From NCBI GenBank assembly GCA_022684035.1, contig JAJHSB010000033.1, positions 1 through 56,920 of the forward strand: DNA of 56,920 nt. Reading direction: 5' to 3'. The DNA comes from Candidatus Acetothermia bacterium (GTDB lineage: Bacteria > Bipolaricaulota > Bipolaricaulia > UBA7950). Position numbers and translations under genes: made by a program. This document shows, one piece after another, positions 50,013 to 56,920 of the stretch; within the stretch, counting starts at the first letter, position 1; each line of letters starts with the position of its first letter. Below the pieces are notes generated by a model. It was not told the DNA's origin, did no database searches, and saw only the letters and a list, made by a program, of their open reading frames with translations.

Positions 50013-50573
50013 ATGCATGAACGGATGGAGCGGATTCTCTTCACCGCGGAGACTATCCAAAGACGAGTACAGGATATTGGCAAAGCAATATCCTCTGATT
50101 ATCAAGCTACGGGAGCAGCGAAAGATCGAGAAGGCCGTCCGCTAATTGCAGTTTGCATCCTCCAGGGAGCGGTAATGTTCATGGCAGATCTGATGCGCGC
50201 AATTGAAATCCCAGTGGAGTACGATTTTATGTCGATCTCCTCATACGGCAACTCTACCTCTCCCGGGGCAGTTCGGCTACTGCAAGATCTATCTCATCCC
50301 ATCACCGGACGTGATGTGCTGGTTGTGGAAGATATTATCGATACTGGATTTACCGCTAACTACATTAAACGCGGCTTATTGGCTCGTAACCCAGCATCAT
50401 TCCGTATCTGTACTTTGTTGGATAAGCCATTTCGCCGGGAAGAGGCAATCAAAATGGACTATGTCGGCTTCTTCCTCGAAGAAGATCTGTTCGTCGTCGG
50501 CTATGGCATGGATTATGCCGGAATATATCGTAACTTTCCCCATATCGCTCTCCTTAAACCAGAGTACAGGTGA
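50013..50573 (+). CDS. hpt: Hypoxanthine phosphoribosyltransferase
   Basis: CILQGAVMF, ISSY, VLVVEDIIDTGFT, LLDK, FVVGYGMD. Start 50013 (RBS GGGAG); the track ORF from 49800 includes the four-helix remnant. Confidence 0.92.
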   Translation: MHERMERILFTAETIQRRVQDIGKAISSDYQATGAAKDREGRPLIAVCILQGAVMFMADLMRAIEIPVEYDFMSISSYGNSTSPGAVRLLQDLSHPITGRDVLVVEDIIDTGFTANYIKRGLLARNPASFRICTLLDKPFRREEAIKMDYVGFFLEEDLFVVGYGMDYAGIYRNFPHIALLKPEYR

Positions 50574-50588
50574 GAGGGGAAATTACTC

Positions 50589-51593
50589 ATGGAACGTTCA
50601 ATATACACACTGGGAATTGAAACATCTTGTGATGAGACTGCGATAGCGATCCTACGCAACGAAACTGATATCTTAGCCAATATTGTCTATTCTCAAGCCG
50701 GGCTGCATGCAAAATACGGTGGAGTCGTGCCTGAGATCGCCTCTCGTAACCACTTACGTAAACTCCCTTATTTGGTGAAAGAAGGGCTGGAACACGCCAA
50801 GATAAAGTTCAGCGATCTTTCCCTCGTTGCCGCTACTTACGGACCCGGGCTTGTCGGTCCGCTCCTTGTCGGACTCTCGGCCGCGAAAGGGATCGCCTGC
50901 GGAAGTGGAGCAGCCTTCTTAGGAGTCAATCATTTAGAAGGACATATCTTCTCCCATCGGCTCGCCTATCCGACAGTCAAGCCGCCGTTTTTAGTATTGA
51001 TCGTATCGGGTGGTCATACTAGTTTAGTGGAAGTAAAACGGTATGGTGAATATCAACCGATCGGCGCAACACGTGATGACGCTGCTGGAGAGGTGTTAGA
51101 CAAAGTAGGAAAGATGCTCGGCCTTGATTATCCAGCCGGCAAAGAGATCGACAAACTGGCGATAGCAGGTGACCAATCAACGATCCGCTTTCCTCGACCG
51201 ATGTTAGGTGACACCGGGTTTGATTTTAGTTTTTCTGGTCTGAAGACCGCTACTGCTTACTACCTGCGCGAAAATCCAACCTTTAAAGTAGAAGATGTTG
51301 CTGCTTCGTTTTTAGCCGCTGTGATCGATGTCCTCGTTGACAAAACATTGAAAGCTGCTCGTCGCTACAAACTGACACAGATTGCCGTTGTGGGGGGTGT
51401 GGCAGCGAATTCACTATTGCGCCGGAGATTAACTGCACATGGGAAACGATTCGGCATTCAGCCTTTCTTCCCTCCACTTGATCTGTGTACTGATAATGGA
51501 GCGATGATCGCAGCGACCGCAGTATTCCGATACATTCATCTTAATGAACAGCACGATCCGTCGTTGGAACCGGCTCCATCTTTGGAGTTTTAG
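50589..51593 (+). CDS. tsaD: t6A37 threonylcarbamoyltransferase TsaD
   Basis: GIETSCDET, GGVVPEIASR, NHLEGH, VSGGHT, FSFSGLKT, CTDNGAMIA. Confidence 0.96.
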   Translation: MERSIYTLGIETSCDETAIAILRNETDILANIVYSQAGLHAKYGGVVPEIASRNHLRKLPYLVKEGLEHAKIKFSDLSLVAATYGPGLVGPLLVGLSAAKGIACGSGAAFLGVNHLEGHIFSHRLAYPTVKPPFLVLIVSGGHTSLVEVKRYGEYQPIGATRDDAAGEVLDKVGKMLGLDYPAGKEIDKLAIAGDQSTIRFPRPMLGDTGFDFSFSGLKTATAYYLRENPTFKVEDVAASFLAAVIDVLVDKTLKAARRYKLTQIAVVGGVAANSLLRRRLTAHGKRFGIQPFFPPLDLCTDNGAMIAATAVFRYIHLNEQHDPSLEPAPSLEF

Positions 51594-51615
51594 TCACTTT
51601 TATTTGGAGGTAACT

Positions 51616-51951
51616 ATGTTAGCAGAGTTCAGTATCGTCCCGCTCGGAAAGGGAGAGAGTTTAAGTAAAGATGTAGCAGTAGTTCTCGATCTGGTTGACA
51701 GAAGCGGGCTCTCCTACCAATTTACTGCTATGGGAACGATCGTGGAAGGAGAATTTGATGAAGTCTTCGCTCTGATTAAAGATTGTCATACAGCGATGCG
51801 CCAACAAGCGAACCGTGTCCTTACTACTATCCGGATCGACGACCGTGCAAACGCGTCGGGACGCATGGAAGCCAAAACAAGGAAAGTAGAAGATAGGCTG
51901 GCCAAAAAACTCGTTACCTCTCCTTTATCTCGGGATCAGAGAGAAATTTAA
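51616..51951 (+). CDS. MTH1187/YkoF thiamine-binding family protein
   Basis: MLAEFSIVPLG..ESLS, MGTIVEG, IRIDDR; RBS GGAGG before ATG 51616. Confidence 0.85.
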   Translation: MLAEFSIVPLGKGESLSKDVAVVLDLVDRSGLSYQFTAMGTIVEGEFDEVFALIKDCHTAMRQQANRVLTTIRIDDRANASGRMEAKTRKVEDRLAKKLVTSPLSRDQREI

Positions 51952-52090
51952 TTTATACCATAACTGGTAAGAGCCTGATCAGAGAACGACCGCATGATAT
52001 TAATCTATCGATGGCGGAAGTCTTTGCAAATAGAATAATCACTCCTTAAGTTCGTACAATAGTGCGGGTAATAACTATGTGGAAGAGAGA

Positions 52091-53321
52091 ATGGAAGAGA
52101 AACGAGTTTATACTGTATCACAATTAAACCAGGACGCGCGGCAATTACTCGAAAGCAACTTCGGTGCATTATGGTTGGAAGGAGAGATATCGAACCTAAG
52201 ACGTGCTCCATCCGGCCATCTTTATTTTACCCTCAAAGATGAGAGCTCGGAAATCGCCGTAGTTAAATTCGGGGGCAATAGAGCCTTTTCATCTCCGATC
52301 AAGGCCGGTCTTTCAGTCCTCGCGTACGGGTATTTGACGATCTATCACCCGCGCGGTCGTTATCAGTTCATCGCATCGTTAATCAAGCCGGCCGGCGTTG
52401 GACAACTGCAACTCCAATTTGAGCAATTGAAAGCTAAACTCCACAAAGAAGGATTATTTGCGCCTGAACTGAAAGCAAAACTTCCTGTGCTACCCCGCTG
52501 TATCGGAGTGATAACTTCAAGTACAGGAGCAGCAGTCAGAGATGTGATCTCCATTCTTTCCCGCCGTGCGCCGATAGTGGATATCTTCCTCTTTGAAACA
52601 TCGGTGCAAGGAGAAGAAGCGATCGATCAGATTATTGCCGCTCTCGATGCTGCCCAGCGATTCAGTGCGACAACGATGCCGCTCGATCTATTAATTCTAA
52701 CTCGTGGTGGCGGATCACTGGAGGATTTAGCGCCGTTTAACAGCGAGCCAGTGGCACGGGCAATTTTCGCATCTACCATTCCAATAATCGCAGCGATCGG
52801 GCATGAGATCGATTTTACGATTGCCGATTTTGTAGCTGATCTGCGTGCGCCTAACACCATCAGCCGCAGCCGAGCTTGCTGTTCCTGACCAGCATGCGTT
52901 ACGCGACCGGCTATCCCAGCTAACAGCAATGCTTAATAGAACGATAACTGATCACCTTACCCGTCGTTACAAAACGCTGGATGATAATTTACACCGCTAT
53001 ATATTCCGGTTTCCCTTACGCAAGATATATGATGAGCAACAACGGCTCGATCTGCTCGGTGATCGGATCAGTCGGGCGTTACGAGAAAGACTGCGCAGAC
53101 ACGCTCAGAAGCGAGAGCAACTGGAAGAAGTTTTGCGCATCGCCGATCCCTATGGGCCGCTGCGGCGCGGTTATTCACTCACCTTTCGCGTTGGGAGCAA
53201 CAAACCACTTATCAGTGCCGATGAAATTAGTCCTGGAGAATACATAACAACACAGCTTTATAAAGGACGACTGACTGCTCAGATAGAGGAGGTGCTCAAT
53301 AATAGCTACACAGAACGATAA
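52091..53321 (+). CDS. xseA: Exodeoxyribonuclease VII large subunit, +1 frameshift at 52853-52854
   Basis: GEISN, SGHLYFTLKD, RGGGS, IGHEIDF. An extra A splits the conserved DLRAPTPSAAAE; second frame ends ...LRRGYS. Confidence 0.9.
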
Positions 53322-53328
53322 TCCACAA

Positions 53329-53547
53329 GTGAAGATCAAGATAGATGAATCACTGACCCGATTGGAAGAGATTACAAAGCGACTGGAAGAGGAGGCATTG
53401 CCACTTGAAGAGGCGTTGGAGCTATTTGCCGCCGGCGTGCAGATCGCTGCTGCGGTAAAGAAAGAACTGGAGAGAGCAAAGACGACGATTCGACAAGTAG
53501 TGGAAGAGAGTGATGGTCTCTTCTCGCTGGCAGAGTTTGATATATAG
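53329..53547 (+). CDS. xseB: Exodeoxyribonuclease VII small subunit
   Basis: LEEITKRLE...LPLEEALELF..G; follows xseA. Confidence 0.88.
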   Translation: MKIKIDESLTRLEEITKRLEEEALPLEEALELFAAGVQIAAAVKKELERAKTTIRQVVEESDGLFSLAEFDI

Positions 53548-53742
53548 CTTAGGGAGGAAGAGGGTAGGGTAAAGAGAGTGACAGCCAACAGTCAAACGAG
53601 AGGTAAGACGGTCAGAGCGGTCAAAGGGTATAGATCAGGGATTAGCTTGTTTGCTCATACTTAACCGCCCAACTGCTCACCTCCTTTCTGGCCCGTTTGG
53701 GTTAGAATTTAACAATAGTTAATTGTTGGAGACAAAAAGAAG

Positions 53743-54690
53743 ATGAATACACGACAATATGATCTAATCATCATCGGAGCTGGGCCAGCCGGGCTGACTG
53801 CCGCTATTTACGCCGGACGAGCGTTGCTCAATACATTATTGCTGGAACGCACCCTTCCAGGCGGTCAACTGAACGAGACCGACTACGTAGAGAATTTTCC
53901 TGGGTTTGAAGAGAAGATTGCCGGCCCACAGTTGATGGGACAAATGAAACGTCAGGCAGAGCGCTTCGGAGTTAAAATCGAAATTGCCGCTGTCACAGCT
54001 ATCGCCGCAGAAGGGGAATCACTCTCGGTGACGAGCGATAGAGGGACTTATTTTACCCGTACGATTATCGTTGCTACTGGCACAAGGCCGCGTGAACTTG
54101 TTGCCGCTGGAGCGGCTAAATTCAAAGGTCGCGGTCTCTCCTACTGTGCTACCTGCGATGGTTATTTCTTCCGTAATAAAGATGTTTTGGAAGTAGGAGC
54201 AGGTGACGCCGGCTTAACTGCAGCATTATTCTTAAGTAAATTAGTAAAATCAGTAGGAATCGTAGTCCGCCACCCGCAACATGATCCTAATGCGTTGCGC
54301 GCTGCACCGCTACTTCGCCAACGGGCGGAAGAGAACCCCAAAGTATATTTCGTGTGGAATAAAGTGATCACAGAAGTACTGGGAGAAACCCATCTCAAAG
54401 CAGTTAAATTACAGGATTTGGCAACCGGTAAAGAAGAAATCATGACAACTGACGGAGTATTTGTGAATATCGGTCATATTCCTGCCACTGACTTTCTCCG
54501 CGGGACCCTGGCGCTCGATGAATCAGGGTATATTATTACTGACGACAAGTTGCAGACGAATATTCCGGGAGTCTTTGCTGCTGGCGATATTCGCAGTTGG
54601 GCAAATCGCTATGCTCAAGCCGTCGTCGCTGCAAGCGACGGTGCCGTAGCCGCGATTGAAGTAGAGAAATACCTTGCCAATCGCCGTTGA
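53743..54690 (+). CDS. trxB: Thioredoxin-disulfide reductase
   Basis: IIGAGPAGLTAAIY, VENFPG, SYCATCDG, GVFAAGD. Confidence 0.9.
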   Translation: MNTRQYDLIIIGAGPAGLTAAIYAGRALLNTLLLERTLPGGQLNETDYVENFPGFEEKIAGPQLMGQMKRQAERFGVKIEIAAVTAIAAEGESLSVTSDRGTYFTRTIIVATGTRPRELVAAGAAKFKGRGLSYCATCDGYFFRNKDVLEVGAGDAGLTAALFLSKLVKSVGIVVRHPQHDPNALRAAPLLRQRAEENPKVYFVWNKVITEVLGETHLKAVKLQDLATGKEEIMTTDGVFVNIGHIPATDFLRGTLALDESGYIITDDKLQTNIPGVFAAGDIRSWANRYAQAVVAASDGAVAAIEVEKYLANRR

Positions 54691-54810
54691 AAATTAGCTC
54701 CTCGCTTCGCTCAGAACTTAGACTCATAATGACGTCTCTGCATGCGAAGAGGCCCCGCCAGGCGGCGCGGCGTTGCCCGTACATGTTATTTCGTGACTCA
54801 TGACTATAGC

Positions 54811-56337
54811 TTATAGAGCGGCAAGAGCGTAAATAACACCGAGGAATCCAATAATAGTCAAGGCGAAAACTAGTTTTTCCGACATCTTTCCACCTTGTCC
54901 CATTGCCTTGCCGAAAGTAAAAAAGACCATTGGGTGCACTAAAAAAGGCATGGCAAAGATAAAGGGGATCAACTCAGCTCCTTCTGGGCCAAACATCCCT
55001 CCATGCAGTGCGGCAAATAACCCAAAGTGAGATAGGGCAGAAGATTGGCTCATCGCAGCGTGTGCAAGCGGCATTGCAGCAAAGTGTAAGAGTAAAAGAC
55101 CGCCGAACATCGCGCATAATTGCCAACCAAAGGAGAACTGCATTAACCCCTTTACTTCAGTATCATCGTCATCGTTAGCTTTGCGAAGAGTCTTTAGAGC
55201 TATTATCGTTAAAATGATGCCACCCAATACAACGGCCAGTGACGGCCAGAGCATCAGAGAACCTCTACCAATACTCGCTGCCAAGATTGAAAATACGAAA
55301 ACATGACCGAAAAATGGTATGTTAATCATGATCGGGGCTCGATTGGCAGCTGTCGTCCCAAAATCTCCCGCAGTACAAGCTCCGGTTAGACCGGCATGAG
55401 ACAGAGATCCTGCCATCCCCGGCGCGAGATTGCGGACATGGTTTGCTTTACCTAAAACTATCAATAGCGCAATGCCACCGAACATCCAGAGTATCTGACC
55501 AAAGAATCCGTATGCGATTACTGAATGCATACCGACAATAGCAAAAACTTCACTGATCCGTGAGCCGCCGACCAAGAAATTACCCGCTAAAACCACCGGG
55601 ATCCCGGCGAATAATAATGATTTAATGGTCGGGCCAAACCGCCATTTATACAAAATTGCTCCCAAAGAGACCGACCCGATCATTACGAAGAAGATCTGTG
55701 GAAGCGGAATGATTGGCTTAATCCATACAGCCGTCCAATAAGAAAGGACCAATATTATGACGACGCCAATGATCTCTACAATCCCTTTTTTGAAATACAA
55801 CCGTTTATCGGTTATGGAAGCCTTGCTGTCGATTAAGATGACCGCTCCGGCTAAACAGATATAGACAATAAGCGGATAATATTTGCTCAACCCAGCGGCT
55901 CCAACACCGAGAATCAAACGTTCCAACGCTTCAATACCCAGCAAAAGTAGCAACGCCTGTATAATGAAGACCAATTGGGTTCTCATAGTACCCAAGAAAG
56001 TTTCTTCCTGCGATGAGATGATCATCTCTTCTTGCTTGAATTTCATCTTGCCGAACAGCTTTCGCAATTCTTGCCCACCAACAAAAAAGACGACCGCCAA
56101 TGCAATGATCGCTGTTCCGCCGACCATCCCGATAATCGGAAATTCAGGCAATCCAATTCGGGATACACCGCCTTCCACCAGAAGAAACCCTGCGACAAGG
56201 CCGAAGATCACGATAATCAGTATCGGTGAATATCTAGTCCCTGTCACCACAGCCCGTGCAATAAGTACTACAGGCACCAACAGCATAAGAGCCAGCCATA
56301 GCTGGTTTAAAATTTGCAGATCAAGTATTGGTTCCAA
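54811..56337 (-). CDS. Uncharacterised polytopic membrane protein, probable secondary transporter
   Basis: 508 aa, almost wholly hydrophobic with Gly-rich segments; RBS AGGAG before a TTG start; no family recognised. Confidence 0.65.
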   Translation of the reverse strand: MEPILDLQILNQLWLALMLLVPVVLIARAVVTGTRYSPILIIVIFGLVAGFLLVEGGVSRIGLPEFPIIGMVGGTAIIALAVVFFVGGQELRKLFGKMKFKQEEMIISSQEETFLGTMRTQLVFIIQALLLLLGIEALERLILGVGAAGLSKYYPLIVYICLAGAVILIDSKASITDKRLYFKKGIVEIIGVVIILVLSYWTAVWIKPIIPLPQIFFVMIGSVSLGAILYKWRFGPTIKSLLFAGIPVVLAGNFLVGGSRISEVFAIVGMHSVIAYGFFGQILWMFGGIALLIVLGKANHVRNLAPGMAGSLSHAGLTGACTAGDFGTTAANRAPIMINIPFFGHVFVFSILAASIGRGSLMLWPSLAVVLGGIILTIIALKTLRKANDDDDTEVKGLMQFSFGWQLCAMFGGLLLLHFAAMPLAHAAMSQSSALSHFGLFAALHGGMFGPEGAELIPFIFAMPFLVHPMVFFTFGKAMGQGGKMSEKLVFALTIIGFLGVIYALAAL

Positions 56338-56560
56338 GACCGATTCAACTCCTTGTAAAAATATTAAGATTTCATATATCTGCTTCTATCAGGAAGAGTT
56401 TTTTCACTGTTAAGAATCAACGCTGATTTGTTCTAAGTTTTTAGTAGCCATAAACAAAATCTTCCATCATAAGATACTCACTACGATCACTTAAATTTCT
56501 ATAACTGTCCCAAATTATAACATCCACTCGTGCAAAATCTACCCTATCAGTTCACAGAAC

Positions 56561-56920
56561 CCTGAATCCGTGAGGCTAGCTGGACTTTTCCTTGCATTTT
56601 GTATCTGAAACCTGCTATACGCAAGTGTGGGGAAGCCGCTGAAGACTTTCACCCTAAAGGTGAAGATGCGTTTCGAGATAGTGCAGGGAGACGAACAACT
56701 TTCCAGTCATTCGGGCTTAGCCTTGATAGGTGCTATACTGGACAGGACCAATATTCGGGAGCGATTAGATAAGGTGGTGTTGCCGGGACATCCATTTCCG
56801 GAGATCAGCCACGGTGAGGTGGCTACAGCCATGATTGGGCTCATCTGCCTGGGCAAGCCCGACTTCGATGCTATCGAGCCCTTCCGTGGTGACCACTTCT
56901 TCGCTCAGTCGCTGGGCCTG
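56561..56920 (+). mobile_element. Left end of IS1380-family insertion sequence
   Basis: Begins CCTGAAT as IS1380 ends often do; shift to GC-richer sequence; transposase follows. Right end outside window. Confidence 0.75.
56666..56920 (+). CDS. IS1380-family transposase, N-terminal part
   Basis: Hand translation MRFEIVQGDEQLSSHSGLALIG...MIGLICLGKPDFDAIEPFRGDHFFAQSLGL, matching IS1380 N-terminal LTSxxGL and GxxDFxAI..FR.D.FF...LGL. Confidence 0.8.
   Translation, partial: MRFEIVQGDEQLSSHSGLALIGAILDRTNIRERLDKVVLPGHPFPEISHGEVATAMIGLICLGKPDFDAIEPFRGDHFFAQSLGL

Noticed and set aside
54695-54805. ncRNA between trxB and the membrane protein
   Set aside because: GC-rich patch and a CTCCTCGCTTCGCTC..AATGAC fragment look like a degraded piece of the palindromic repeat family; no tRNA/SRP/tmRNA features.

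Overview
Bacterial chromosomal window from an anaerobe, with no prophage, CRISPR, rRNA or tRNA that I can see. Gene content (class V FBP aldolase/phosphatase, solute-binding proteins without lipoboxes, beta-helix secreted protein) is compatible with a candidate phylum such as Bipolaricaulota/Acetothermia; that taxonomy is inference only. Left to right: (1) a metal-homeostasis island with a partial FMN-binding protein, an ABC substrate-binding protein, a decayed fur-like gene, two truncated nicotianamine-synthase-like SAM enzymes flanking a frameshifted UPF0104/MprF-type flippase, and feoAB; (2) CIRCE-controlled hsp20; (3) a DUF5693-like membrane protein and a stand-alone FtsZ carrying an N-terminal domain resembling DnaA domain I; (4) a CoA-dehydratase activase pair, an nfeD-floA operon, dppA, a group-2-like sigma factor with substituted region 2.4, rlmN, ligA, M42 peptidase, ATP-cone kinase and an ArfB-like factor; (5) a ROK-regulated maltodextrin operon with an unassigned glycoside hydrolase; (6) mutS, glmE-mal, fbp, hpt, tsaD, frameshifted xseA, xseB, trxB, an unknown membrane protein and the left end of an IS1380-family element. 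Intergenic spaces hold several small repeat families, including two differently deleted copies of a four-helix-bundle (IVP/Avd-like) cassette. Best leads: the DnaA-N-like/FtsZ fusion, the NAS-like/flippase/NAS-like triad, and the four-helix-bundle cassette remnants. All family calls come from motif recognition, not database searches.
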